DNA of 47,593 nt from Promethearchaeati archaeon (GCA_013166835.1 JABLTI010000009.1:1-47593); one strand, 5' to 3'; shown: positions 37,973 through 47,593, counted from the first letter of the stretch. Notes: generated from the sequence alone by a model not told the origin. Program-made: numbers and translations.

Positions 37973-38920
37973 CTATTTTCTCCTATATTTTCCCAGTATC
38001 TTTTTCAAAGATGAACGTAACGTCATTTTAGCCCATATATATTCAATCCATTCTACATTAGTTTCCTTGACCCAAGATTTTGCTTCTTCGTCATTAAAAG
38101 CATCAATTTTTCTAAGAGCTTCGATTGCTCCAAGAACGATTTTTAAAAGATAGTCTTTTCCTGGATTGCAATACTTCACAATGCCTTTCCACTGCATATC
38201 ATAAATCCGTCTTTCCCATTTTACATCTCTTACTCTTTTAACTTGAGGAATAATTTGCAAATCTGGTTCTTTTTCTCCTTTCTTTGCTTGCATTTGATGG
38301 TAATGAAAAGTGTCTAAAAATTTCATATAATTATCCATGCCAACTAATTCTGCAATAATTATATCCTCATTCCGTTGCAAATAATCATCTTCAACTACAG
38401 CAATTGCTTCTTGCATTCTTTTAGTGTTACCGAATTGACTACCACTATAAGCTCTTTCTCTTTCAGTTTGCTTAATATCATCCCATAATACTAAAGAAAT
38501 CTTTTTTCTAGCACATTCAAACCAGGATTTCTCTTCTCTATGCCCCCACATTGCATCAAACCAACTTTCAGGTAGAAAAACGTCACTGTGTAGATATATC
38601 ATATATTCTGTTTCACTAGCCTCGATTAATTTCTTTATACTAAAACCTTGACTTTTGAAATCATGTTGGTCAAAAACTACTACTCTTGGAAATTTTTTAA
38701 GAATTTCAAGACTATTGTCTGTAGAACCACCGTCACCTATTAGTAAACGTTTTATCGGTATCCTCTTATAAAAATTAAGTAAACTCTTTTCAAAATATTG
38801 ATTTGAATTAAGCAGAGGAATGATAACATCAACAGCACGTTCTTTATCTGTTTCATATCTATCTACAAAATCATTATCAAATAAAATTTCAAACAATTCA
38901 TCATAACTCACATTCTCCAT
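37973..38920 (-). CDS. Glycosyltransferase family 2 protein
   Basis: VDVIIPLLN, IGDGGSTDNS, YLHSDV, RNED; GGAGTG SD. Confidence 0.88.
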   Translation of the reverse strand: MENVSYDELFEILFDNDFVDRYETDKERAVDVIIPLLNSNQYFEKSLLNFYKRIPIKRLLIGDGGSTDNSLEILKKFPRVVVFDQHDFKSQGFSIKKLIEASETEYMIYLHSDVFLPESWFDAMWGHREEKSWFECARKKISLVLWDDIKQTERERAYSGSQFGNTKRMQEAIAVVEDDYLQRNEDIIIAELVGMDNYMKFLDTFHYHQMQAKKGEKEPDLQIIPQVKRVRDVKWERRIYDMQWKGIVKYCNPGKDYLLKIVLGAIEALRKIDAFNDEEAKSWVKETNVEWIEYIWAKMTLRSSLKKILGKYRRK

Positions 38921-39250
38921 TTTTAATCACTCCTAATTTGTGTAATTCTTCTTCGCTTATTTCTCTTTCGCTTTCTTTTATCACCAATTAATCAACATAT
39001 ACAATAAATCATAACACAAAAAAATAAAGAACATACAATATAAACCAAACATTCCCACCACATCATTTTTGCTCTTTCTCCTTTTTTTCAATTGGAAAAT
39101 CAAAATCATGTAGGGGAGCCGCAGTAATTTTCGGTTACTTGAAAAAGTTTGAAAGAAACTATCAATTCTATGTGTATCCACATGAAAAACGGTTTCTGGG
39201 ACGATTTGCCCTAGAAATGGTGGGTTTCGTACCTCTCGATTCCTTTTTTA

Positions 39251-39607
39251 TTAGAATTCATCTTCCACATCGAAAGCTAATTTGCCAGCCTCTTTTGTGA
39301 GTAAACTAAAATCAATTTTGTGTTTCCCAGGTTCAATATTACCTTCTATTCTAAAAGTAAAAGTATCTCCTTTGGTTAACTTGAAGGGATTTTCTTTATT
39401 GACATCCACTAATTTAACAACTACATCATCATTAATCAAGACTTTTATTTTGTCAACATCAAAATCTTGCTCATCTATCTTTATTGGATCTAAACCAATA
39501 ATTGTTGCTGGATAGATATTGTTCTGCAATTGAAAGGTAATTTCATTTGCATCTTGCTTCAAACTACCATTTAGATAGAGTTTTCTTAACATTACTTTAG
39601 GTATCAT
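39251..39607 (-). CDS. Conserved hypothetical beta-sandwich protein
   Basis: IPKVMLRKLYLNGSLK...GKHKI; AGGAG SD; function not assignable. Confidence 0.7.
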   Translation of the reverse strand: MIPKVMLRKLYLNGSLKQDANEITFQLQNNIYPATIIGLDPIKIDEQDFDVDKIKVLINDDVVVKLVDVNKENPFKLTKGDTFTFRIEGNIEPGKHKIDFSLLTKEAGKLAFDVEDEF

Positions 39608-39666
39608 AGAACTATACTCCTGCTATTTTATACAAATATCTTAGTGGTTTTTTAAATTTTGTTAAT

Positions 39667-40959
39667 TTATGGAAAGGCTGATTTTAGAAATTCGAAAATG
39701 TGTTTCTTAGATATTTTTGATTCACCTCTTACTCGAGGATTAAACACATAACCTACTCTTCCAACCTTTGTTTCTTTCTTGCGTGAGTGTTTCAATAATT
39801 CAAACATCACTTTGTAACCCTTTGGTCGGAAACCTTTCGGATGTTTTTCTATCACCATTTTGGAATATTCAGTTTCTCCACCGAAGAATCCACTCATAAC
39901 ATCTCCACAACTCGCAGAGCGATGAATCCAATGTGAAAATTTTCCTATAACGCTTGCACCCCAAGATATTACCCTCCTTGAGAAAGGCCAATCGGGGATT
40001 TCATCTCTTTCACCAATGACGAAATTAAATCCTTCTCGGAGTCTAATAGCAATCTCTCCTACTTTCTCTGGTGGATGTTGAAAATCACAATCCATAACAA
40101 TGAAATATTTTGTTTCAGTCATCTTGATGGCATCAAGTACACTGATAGTTAATCCATGAATCTCTTCAGTTTCCCTATCTAGTAAAAGGAAATCAGGATT
40201 CGTTTCACTAAATTCGCGGACTTGTTCTCTTGTACCATCTTTTGATCCATCATCAGCAACAATGAGCTTAATACCTTTGTAATTTTCATTCATGTGTTCC
40301 ATTAATGGTCCAATGTTTTCATTTTCATTGAAAGTAGGTGTGATTAATGTAATATCGCTAAAATCCATATCTGGAGGAACTATTATTGGTTCTTCGGGGA
40401 CTTTCTCTATCACATCAAATGTCCAAACTTCATTCCACATGTAATTCCACAGGACTGTAATAACAAATGCAAAGGCACTTGCAGCAAGAGTAGCATTATC
40501 TATATTCGGAACAACTTTATGGAATTGTTTTGTAAAGGTAGTTGTTAAAAGATATTTAAGAACCGCGCCAGAAGCTCCTACAATTGCATATTTGATGAAT
40601 TGAGTTCCAACCCTTTCGTCTCTCGAACCACTAAAAGTCCATAACTTGTTCAAAATATAATTAGAAGTCGTAGCTGCTGCAATACCCATAGCAATAGCAA
40701 TTAAACCTTTAATTGTAAATTTAAAAATCCAGTAAGTGTATTCTGTATCAAGAATAGTTGTTATACTTCCAATAACAAATTCTGTTAGAGCTAAAGCTCC
40801 TAAATTAATCCCTAAACCAACTAAAGAAACAACGGTAAATTTGAGAAGTCGTTGCTTAAAACCAGCACCTAATCGTTTGAAGCGATCCTTGACACTGGTT
40901 TTTAGGGGTTTTTCTTTAATTTCCTTTTCGTTTTTTAGCTCTATTTGCTCATCCGGCAT
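39667..40959 (-). CDS. GtrA-like membrane domain fused N-terminally to a polyprenol-phosphate-mannose synthase-like GT2 domain
   Basis: KFTVVSLVGLGIN..NYILNKLWTF (GtrA); ITPTFNE, ADDGSKDGT, MDCDFQHPPE, DVMSGFF, RVRGESK (DPM1-like); likely ATG 40959 with AGGAG SD. Confidence 0.88.
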   Translation of the reverse strand: MPDEQIELKNEKEIKEKPLKTSVKDRFKRLGAGFKQRLLKFTVVSLVGLGINLGALALTEFVIGSITTILDTEYTYWIFKFTIKGLIAIAMGIAAATTSNYILNKLWTFSGSRDERVGTQFIKYAIVGASGAVLKYLLTTTFTKQFHKVVPNIDNATLAASAFAFVITVLWNYMWNEVWTFDVIEKVPEEPIIVPPDMDFSDITLITPTFNENENIGPLMEHMNENYKGIKLIVADDGSKDGTREQVREFSETNPDFLLLDRETEEIHGLTISVLDAIKMTETKYFIVMDCDFQHPPEKVGEIAIRLREGFNFVIGERDEIPDWPFSRRVISWGASVIGKFSHWIHRSASCGDVMSGFFGGETEYSKMVIEKHPKGFRPKGYKVMFELLKHSRKKETKVGRVGYVFNPRVRGESKISKKHIFEFLKSAFP

Positions 40960-41154
40960 GTTGTGGTTTCTCCTAACGTAGTCAAAATCCATCAAGCTAT
41001 TAGGTAATAAGGTATGACAAAATTCATTATTAAAACTATTCAATAAAATCAAAACATGCACATCAAGATTGGTTCATCCTTTCTCCCCCCCTCCAAAAAT
41101 TTCGAGGGTATAAATTATTAAAATAAAAGAACTAATCTTGATATGATGAATTAA

Positions 41155-41889
41155 ATGTCGGATTCAGCAGTTACATTAACAAACCTAACAAAGGAATTTG
41201 GGAAATTAACAGCTGTTGACACCTTAAATCTGGAAATAGCTGAAGGAGAGATTTTTGCCTTAGTTGGTCCAAATGGCGCTGGGAAAACTACAACTATCAA
41301 GATGATTTTAGGCATTCTTGTTCCAACAATGGGCGAAATCCAGGTATTGGGATGGAACATTCCTAAAGAGAGAAAGCAAATAAAACGAGATATTGGTTAT
41401 TTAGCACAACAGCGAGCTTTGTATGAATCACTAACTACTCGAGAGAATATCGAATTCTTTGCAGGCATAAAAGGCATGCCAAATGATGAAATTAAAGAAA
41501 AAACAGACGAATTGATTCAAGTATTAGATCTTGTAGAATATGAAAAGGTTAGAGCTGTTAATCTATCAGGTGGAACACAGCAAAGATGTGCATTAGCATG
41601 TGCTTGTGTTAACAATCCGAGATTATTACTTCTTGATGAAGCAACGGTTGGTTTAGATCCAGTCTTACGAAAAGAAGTATGGAAATATTTGCGAGATTTC
41701 AACAAAAAAGTGAAAGGTGCAATAATAATTACTACTCATTTTCTTGATGAAGCGGATTATGCTGACAGAGTAGGTTTTATGCGAGGAGCGAAATTGATTG
41801 CATTAGAAGCACCTGACGTTCTCAAGAAACAAACTTCTTCGGTTACTATGGAAGAAGTATTTTTGAAACTAGCTAAGGAGGAGACCTAA
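41155..41889 (+). CDS. ABC transporter ATP-binding protein (ABC-2 exporter type)
   Basis: GPNGAGKTT, LSGG, LLLDEAT, TTH. Confidence 0.95.
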   Translation: MSDSAVTLTNLTKEFGKLTAVDTLNLEIAEGEIFALVGPNGAGKTTTIKMILGILVPTMGEIQVLGWNIPKERKQIKRDIGYLAQQRALYESLTTRENIEFFAGIKGMPNDEIKEKTDELIQVLDLVEYEKVRAVNLSGGTQQRCALACACVNNPRLLLLDEATVGLDPVLRKEVWKYLRDFNKKVKGAIIITTHFLDEADYADRVGFMRGAKLIALEAPDVLKKQTSSVTMEEVFLKLAKEET

Positions 41890-41891
41890 GA

Positions 41892-43025
41892 ATGCGAATG
41901 ACTTGGTTAGTTGCAAAACGAGTTTCAAAATTCATTCTCAGAGATTTTCGTTTAATTGCTTTAATGTTAGTTGTCCCAATAGTAATGTCTCTTATAATTG
42001 GTTATGGTTTCAGTGGAGAGATAAAAAATGTCGAAGTAGTGATTGTTAATCTAGATAATCCAACTCTAGTTCCACTTTCCGCAACAAATAATCTTACCAA
42101 TTATCTGAAAACAAAGACAGATCTCGTTGCTGTTACCGAAATAAGTTTTCCAACACTAGAAGATTGGAATGAAAGCAAACAAGCAGTTTTGGATGGAGAT
42201 TACAAGGGTGCTATTTTGTTTCCAGAGAATTTTACGGATACATTATTCGGTAGGCTCCTGAATATAAGCTCAGGAGAAACCTCAATTGAAGTTTATCTTG
42301 ATAATTCAAATCCTCAGATCAGCAGTAGCGTAATAAAAGCTTTGAGTGAAGGGTTTCAATTCGCATTTGGATCTAATATGGGCTTATCCATTGTAACTGA
42401 GTTTGCTTTTGATGAAGGATTAAGTCAACTACAATATATGATGCCATCCATTCTTCCTTTTGCTGTCTTCTTTATGTCGTTTATATTATCAATTATCTCG
42501 TTAATAAGTGAACGAAAAGCTGGAACGTTAGACTTGCTTCTTCTCTCACCATACAGAAAAGTCAACATTATGCTGGGGTATCTAATTCCCTTATCTGTTG
42601 TCTCCATTATCCAAGCATCAATCCTTATAATCCTGACGATTTTTGCATTCAATGTTCCTGTTCTTGGTGGTGCTGGGGCATATTTTGCCATCTACTTCAT
42701 GTTACTATTACAAGGAATGTGTGGCATGGTCCTAGGATTTCTCCTATCAACATTTGCGAAAACGGAATTACAAGCCATCCAATTTATTCCCATGGTAACG
42801 TTTACAATGTTACTACTATCAGGTATTCTAGTGCCCTTGGAAACATTACCAAAATGGCTGCTTCCAATTTCCTATATGCTACCATTAACGTATGGAGCAG
42901 AGTACATGAGAACGGTAATGATTGAAGGCACAGGATTTCTGTGGCATTGGCACATCGCTCCAGTCATTGGTTTCATAATTTTACTACTCCTATTTTCATC
43001 TCTGACTTTAAGAGAAAGTAAATAA
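41892..43025 (+). CDS. ABC-2 type transporter permease
   Basis: RDFR..LMLVVP, SERKAGTLD, LLSG..P...LPKWL..ISY.LPLTY. Confidence 0.93.
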   Translation: MRMTWLVAKRVSKFILRDFRLIALMLVVPIVMSLIIGYGFSGEIKNVEVVIVNLDNPTLVPLSATNNLTNYLKTKTDLVAVTEISFPTLEDWNESKQAVLDGDYKGAILFPENFTDTLFGRLLNISSGETSIEVYLDNSNPQISSSVIKALSEGFQFAFGSNMGLSIVTEFAFDEGLSQLQYMMPSILPFAVFFMSFILSIISLISERKAGTLDLLLLSPYRKVNIMLGYLIPLSVVSIIQASILIILTIFAFNVPVLGGAGAYFAIYFMLLLQGMCGMVLGFLLSTFAKTELQAIQFIPMVTFTMLLLSGILVPLETLPKWLLPISYMLPLTYGAEYMRTVMIEGTGFLWHWHIAPVIGFIILLLLFSSLTLRESK

Positions 43026-43093
43026 TAACTAAATCATAGTGCTTTTACAGAAAAAAAAGAGATAAATGAGGTTGGCTTAAACAACCTCTAATC

Positions 43094-44494
43094 CTACCTA
43101 TCGACAAGGCCAGCAATTGATCTTTCTTTGTTGCTTGATAGTCTTGCGTCCTTGAGTTCTCCTCTGAGATCCTTGGGCATTCTTGTTGGTAAACTGAATC
43201 TGGTTTCTTCATCCTGTGCATATGCAAAAACAAAGGTCAAGTAAGCAGTTTTCATAGGTCTAAAGATGAAGAATGTAGGAATAAACGCGAAGATTATTGT
43301 TGAGAGAATAGCTAGTGGATAAGCTAATGCAGGATCAAGTCCATAAACGAAATGAAGTACCATACCTAAAATTGCACCAATAACACCGTAAAGAAAGAAC
43401 GCGATAAATTGCAAGATACCAAAAGCTCTGCTAACACCAGTTTCTCTTATTAAAACATCCATGTAGTATTTCTTGAGTAAATTGAAGCTTCTTTTGACAC
43501 CATCTTTAAATCCATGCCCTTCAATAACAATTGCGGGTAAAGTAAAGTATGTGAGGTATTTGAAAATGATTCCCATCACTGCTGCCAACATTCGAGCAAG
43601 TACCGCTAAAACAATGCCAGCAACATTACCTTTCTGTTGTGACCGTGATGCTGCATTTCTCAACATACTTTGTATCCACTGAACAAGCGCAGTTACTATC
43701 CCAAATGTAAGGATTGGTCCAAATTTACCTGCAACATTTTTTCTGCAGAATTTGAAATCGGGGTCTCTTTTTCGGTACCATTCATAGGCATAAGTGGTAT
43801 TAATTGCTTCAGCAGCGTAGAATATTCCATAGTAGATTATGAGTTGTACTAATGTAATTACTGTACCAATGAGATAGCCTAGCCAAGGCATCGCTCCTAT
43901 TGCTACAACACTGAAATAGCCGTAAATAGATGCGATTGTTAAGAAATTCATAACAGATACAAATGAAACAAAAAGTGGGGCAACCATCATACCTTTCTCG
44001 GCCATAACTACTTGCCCAGTGAATTTCATAAATTCACCTGCTCTTCTTATTTTATTAAAACTAAAAATCATTGTAAGTAATAGTAGCCCTCCCGGAATCA
44101 AACCAGGTAAAGCAAATAAAATTCCTCCACCAAGCAAGAATCCAGCTAATAGGCCACCTACAACACTTCCTATTATGAAGAATATACTTCCAGCGATTAC
44201 TAGAATATCTCCAAATTTCGAAGTTAAAAATAATAGTAACCATCCTACTAGAAAACCTACAACAACTAATCCAACGAAGATAACTACAAGAATCCACCAG
44301 TATTGAACAAATGTACTTCCTAAACCAAATATTAACACAATAAAGGCATCTAAATAAGGTTGTACAGTCGAGTTCATCAACAGCAAAACTAAGAATGTTA
44401 CACCAGTTCCGAAGAATAACAATGTAAAAATAGTGAAGAACAGAATTGCTTTTGTATTGGGTGGTTGAATCTTGATCTTTCCTTTTGTAGACAT
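43094..44494 (-). CDS. Polytopic membrane protein, choline-transporter-like (CTL/SLC44/Pns1; DUF6159-related)
   Basis: About 10 TMs; KIRRAGEFMK..., FGPILTFGIVTALVQ, YLTYFTLPAIVIEGHGFKDGVKRSFNLL and TFVFAYAQD resemble CTL-family segments. Confidence 0.6.
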   Translation of the reverse strand: MSTKGKIKIQPPNTKAILFFTIFTLLFFGTGVTFLVLLLMNSTVQPYLDAFIVLIFGLGSTFVQYWWILVVIFVGLVVVGFLVGWLLLFLTSKFGDILVIAGSIFFIIGSVVGGLLAGFLLGGGILFALPGLIPGGLLLLTMIFSFNKIRRAGEFMKFTGQVVMAEKGMMVAPLFVSFVSVMNFLTIASIYGYFSVVAIGAMPWLGYLIGTVITLVQLIIYYGIFYAAEAINTTYAYEWYRKRDPDFKFCRKNVAGKFGPILTFGIVTALVQWIQSMLRNAASRSQQKGNVAGIVLAVLARMLAAVMGIIFKYLTYFTLPAIVIEGHGFKDGVKRSFNLLKKYYMDVLIRETGVSRAFGILQFIAFFLYGVIGAILGMVLHFVYGLDPALAYPLAILSTIIFAFIPTFFIFRPMKTAYLTFVFAYAQDEETRFSLPTRMPKDLRGELKDARLSSNKERSIAGLVDR

Positions 44495-44714
44495 TTTTAA
44501 TAACCTGTATTATTTTTCAATTTCTACAAGAGATTACATAATATTAGTATATCAATATTCTGTGTTTTAATTTTGATAATATAACTTGGATATCGAAAAT
44601 CTTGGCAATACTTGCAAGAATCCTTTTAAAAGAGATTGGAGGTTGGGAAATAAGAAGCTAAATGAAGAATTTAATGGATAATATTCGTTGAATTACTTTA
44701 GTGGTGAATAATAA

Positions 44715-46160
44715 ATGACTTTAGTTGTTCGAAACAGCCTTACAAGAAAAATGGAAGAGTTCAAACCATTAGTTGATGGTAAGGTTTACATGTACACTTG
44801 TGGACCTACTGTATATAGCACTCCTCACATTGGAAACTATAGAACATTTTTCATGGCTGACATGATGCGCCGATATTTTGAATTCAAAGGTTACAAAGTT
44901 TTCCATTTGATGAATATTACTGATATTGATGACAAAACAATCCGTGATTCAGCAGTAGAAGGCTTAACACTCCAAGAATTTACAGAGAAATATACTGATG
45001 TTTTCTTTGAAGGCATTGACTGGCTAAATATGAAACGAGCCCATGTCTATCCAAGAGCAACAGACCATATCAAGGAAATGATTGATCTCATCAAGAAACT
45101 TGAAGAAAAAGGCTATGCCTACGAAACAGAAGATGGGGTCTACTTTAAAATCAAGAAATTCAAAGATTACGGTAAAATTGCGAATGTTGATCTCGAAACA
45201 CTACAAGTAGGTGTTCGAGCAAAAGCTGATACATATGAAAAAGGCAATGTTCAGGATTTCGCTCTATGGAAGAAAAGCACAGAAGAAGAAATCAAAAGAA
45301 AGATTTTCTTTGAAAGTCCTTGGGGGAAAGGGCGTCCTGGTTGGCACATAGAATGTTCGGCTATGTCAATGAAATACCTCGGTGAAACATTCGATATACA
45401 CACTGGTGCTGTTGATCTTAAATTCCCACATCATACAAATGAAATAGCGCAATCAGAAGGAGCAACCGGAAAACCTTTCGTAAGATATTGGATCTATGGG
45501 GAATTCCTTAATCTTAGTGAAGAGAAAATGTCGAAATCTTTGGGAAATGTTACTACTCTACATGAATTGATGGATAAATTCGATGCAGATACTATAAGAT
45601 ACTTTTTCCTTTCAACAAGATATGGAGCAATCCTTGAATTCTCAGAAGAAAAACTCATAGGCTCAAAAAATAGCATAGAACGTCTTCGTACAACTTTCGA
45701 AAATGTGCATAGTCATATGCGTTCCCTCACCCAAAAATCTCCAATGACTAAACGAGAAGAAGATTTACTCAAAGAAGTCAAAAAAGTACGAAAAGACTTC
45801 GAGAAAGGAATGGATAAGAATTTCGATACTCCAAAGGGTTTGAAAGCAATACATGAACTCGCAAAGGCTCTCAATAAATACATCGAAGGCGAGATAAACC
45901 ACGGAACACTACAAGAAGCATTTGAAATGTACAAACTACTATTGGATACATTTGGTCTTTTAGTTAAAAGCTCAGAGGTATCACTTGGTGCTGATGATAA
46001 AACACTAGATGAACTATTGAATCTTATAATTGAACTCAGAAACGAAGCAAGAAAAAACAAAGATTACAAAACAAGCGATAAAATCAGAGATAAATTAGCT
46101 GAAGTGAATATCGTTCTCGAGGATTCATCAAAAGGAACCATTTGGAAAATTAAGCAATAG
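44715..46160 (+). CDS. cysS: Cysteine--tRNA ligase
   Basis: CGPTVY, HIGN, DFALWK, GRPGWHIECSAM, FPHHTNE, KMSKS. Confidence 0.98.
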   Translation: MTLVVRNSLTRKMEEFKPLVDGKVYMYTCGPTVYSTPHIGNYRTFFMADMMRRYFEFKGYKVFHLMNITDIDDKTIRDSAVEGLTLQEFTEKYTDVFFEGIDWLNMKRAHVYPRATDHIKEMIDLIKKLEEKGYAYETEDGVYFKIKKFKDYGKIANVDLETLQVGVRAKADTYEKGNVQDFALWKKSTEEEIKRKIFFESPWGKGRPGWHIECSAMSMKYLGETFDIHTGAVDLKFPHHTNEIAQSEGATGKPFVRYWIYGEFLNLSEEKMSKSLGNVTTLHELMDKFDADTIRYFFLSTRYGAILEFSEEKLIGSKNSIERLRTTFENVHSHMRSLTQKSPMTKREEDLLKEVKKVRKDFEKGMDKNFDTPKGLKAIHELAKALNKYIEGEINHGTLQEAFEMYKLLLDTFGLLVKSSEVSLGADDKTLDELLNLIIELRNEARKNKDYKTSDKIRDKLAEVNIVLEDSSKGTIWKIKQ

Positions 46161-46243
46161 ACTTTCTGAGAAAGTCAATTACCTTTTTTTATTTGAACAA
46201 CTTATTAAAGTAATTAGATTAATAAGAAATTGTTATTTTCAAG

Positions 46244-46510
46244 GTGATTAAAATGTTTAGAAAATATATTTCTCGAATCATGGAGATGGAATATCCTTTT
46301 GAATTTGGACGGAAAATGATGTGTCCTCATTGCCGCGAAGAAATTTCATGGGTTAAAGGCTATATGGGTAAAGCAGAAGGTCCTAAAGTACCATTTTTTG
46401 GTGCTTCCTCATATTTGTATTCAATGGTATTTGTTTGTCCAAGATGTGAAACTATAATGAATATCCAGCAAGTTGGATCAGGTACTAACATTTTTGGTAT
46501 GGGTGATTAA
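46244..46510 (+). CDS. Small zinc-ribbon protein
   Basis: CPHC...CPRC; start probably ATG 46253 with AGGTGA SD. Confidence 0.65.
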   Translation: MIKMFRKYISRIMEMEYPFEFGRKMMCPHCREEISWVKGYMGKAEGPKVPFFGASSYLYSMVFVCPRCETIMNIQQVGSGTNIFGMGD

Positions 46511-46702
46511 ATCATAACTCATCTCCTTTTTTTTATTTTCTTCTATTTTTATGTAACAAGATGATTCTTTTTAAAAGTAAAATCTTAATATTAATTCGAA
46601 TATAATCGAAAGACTTGAAAACTATCCCTATTTGCCCCTAGATTATAATTAAAAAGCAGTATTCAATCTAAAAACATAGATTCATTTGGAAATGTGACCT
46701 AT

Positions 46703-47593
46703 ATGCCAACAAAACCAAATATTACCTTAAAAGTTGCTGAAGCAAGACAGAGAGATATTGGAAGACAAAAAGTTCGAATTGATGGTCTTTCCATGAGACA
46801 AATCAATGTTACTACTGGTGATGTTGTAGAGATAAATGGAAAGAAATCAACTTCTGCAATTGCTTGGCCTGCCTATCCAGAAGACCAAAATGCTGGATTA
46901 ATACGAATGGATAAACTTCTAAGAAATAATGCTGATGTTGGCTTGTCAGAAAAAGTAACTGTTTCCAAAGCAAATGCGAAAAACGCAAAGACAGTAACTT
47001 TGGCCCCTTTCCAAACACCTGTTGCTATAGATTATAGTTTCGAGAATTTTGTGAAAAGAAAATTATTAGGTTATCCTTTAACAGAGGAAGATACTGTTTT
47101 AATTCCAATTTTAGGTAAATCTTTGCCTTTTACAGTTACATCTACGACTCCTAAAGGAATCATTAGAATCACTGAAGATACTGAACTAAAAGTCATCGAC
47201 AAACCCGTACAAGTATCCGAAGAAGCTCTACCTCGAACATCATATGAAGACATAGGTGGCCTTGGTGACCAAATTCGTCGTATCCGTGAAATGGTCGAGC
47301 TACCAATGAGGCACCCAGAGCTCTTCCTGAAACTGGGAATTGATCCACCAAAAGGGGTTCTTTTACATGGTCCACCTGGTTGTGGAAAAACCCTTATCGC
47401 AAAAGCTGTTGCCAATGAAAGTGCTTCAAATTTTGTGACAATAAATGGCCCTGAAATCATGTCAAAATTTTATGGTGAATCTGAGCAAAGACTTCGACAA
47501 ATTTTCAAAGATGCTTCAGCAAAAGCTCCTACAATAGTTTTTATTGATGAGCTTGATGCAATTGCAAGTAAAAGAGCTGATGTTACAGGGGAA
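46703..47593 (+). CDS. cdc48: Cdc48/VCP AAA+ ATPase, 3'-truncated by window, absent from the ORF track
   Basis: Manual translation MPTKPNITLKVAEARQRDIGRQKVRID...YEDIGGL...GVLLHGPPGCGKT...INGPEIMSKFYGESE...FIDELDAI. Confidence 0.97.
   Translation, partial: MPTKPNITLKVAEARQRDIGRQKVRIDGLSMRQINVTTGDVVEINGKKSTSAIAWPAYPEDQNAGLIRMDKLLRNNADVGLSEKVTVSKANAKNAKTVTLAPFQTPVAIDYSFENFVKRKLLGYPLTEEDTVLIPILGKSLPFTVTSTTPKGIIRITEDTELKVIDKPVQVSEEALPRTSYEDIGGLGDQIRRIREMVELPMRHPELFLKLGIDPPKGVLLHGPPGCGKTLIAKAVANESASNFVTINGPEIMSKFYGESEQRLRQIFKDASAKAPTIVFIDELDAIASKRADVTGE

Larger units (their letters stand above)
37143..39230. mobile_element. Degenerate 2.07-kb genomic islet bounded by 17-bp direct repeats (att-like) at the 3' end of the 5S gene
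   Basis: GAAATGGTGGGTTTCGT occurs at 37143-37159 and 39214-39230; cargo is a GT2 and a decayed methyltransferase; no integrase recognised. Confidence 0.65.

Noticed and set aside
38981-39181. 66-aa minus-strand ORF or an integrase remnant at the islet edge
   Set aside because: Low-complexity, with no recognisable tyrosine or serine recombinase motifs.
40960-41061. N-terminal extension of the GtrA-GT2 ORF
   Set aside because: It runs through promoter-like sequence; ATG 40959 has an AGGAG SD.
1-47593. CRISPR array, transposase or provirus
   Set aside because: No regularly spaced repeats, cas genes, transposase or viral hallmark genes were seen; the only tandem repeat noticed is the coding PGGM tail.

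Overview
AT-rich archaeal genomic window. The gene content suggests an Asgard (probably Heimdallarchaeia-like) archaeon, but this is inference only. Positions 1-17.6 kb hold a DNA repair/recombination and membrane-protein cluster: XPD-like helicase, a giant Ig-repeat surface protein, three membrane proteins, a RadB-like ATPase, Hef, a degenerate HerA/VirB4-like ATPase, a PD-(D/E)xK nuclease and an OB-fold protein. Four promoters in this cluster share an ATTTAG-N3-4-TTTTAA motif. The rest is mostly housekeeping: thermosome, a frameshifted NrdH-TrxR fusion, tRNA-Thr(CGU) with a T-loop intron, Sir2, Nop5-fibrillarin, a pilin, eL42, PAC2, Mrp, DsrEFH/DsrE2/TusA sulfur relay genes, glycosyltransferases, an ABC exporter, a choline-transporter-like protein, CysRS and partial Cdc48. 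The standout is a circularly permuted 5S rRNA gene at about 37.0-37.16 kb. The 3' half of 5S precedes the 5' half, joined by a 4-nt loop, and the unit is bracketed by a bulge-helix-bulge-like splice motif. Canonical cleavage and ligation would release a 120-nt circle that restores the normal 5S sequence. A 2.07-kb glycosylation island flanked by 17-bp direct repeats appears to be inserted at the 3' end of this gene.
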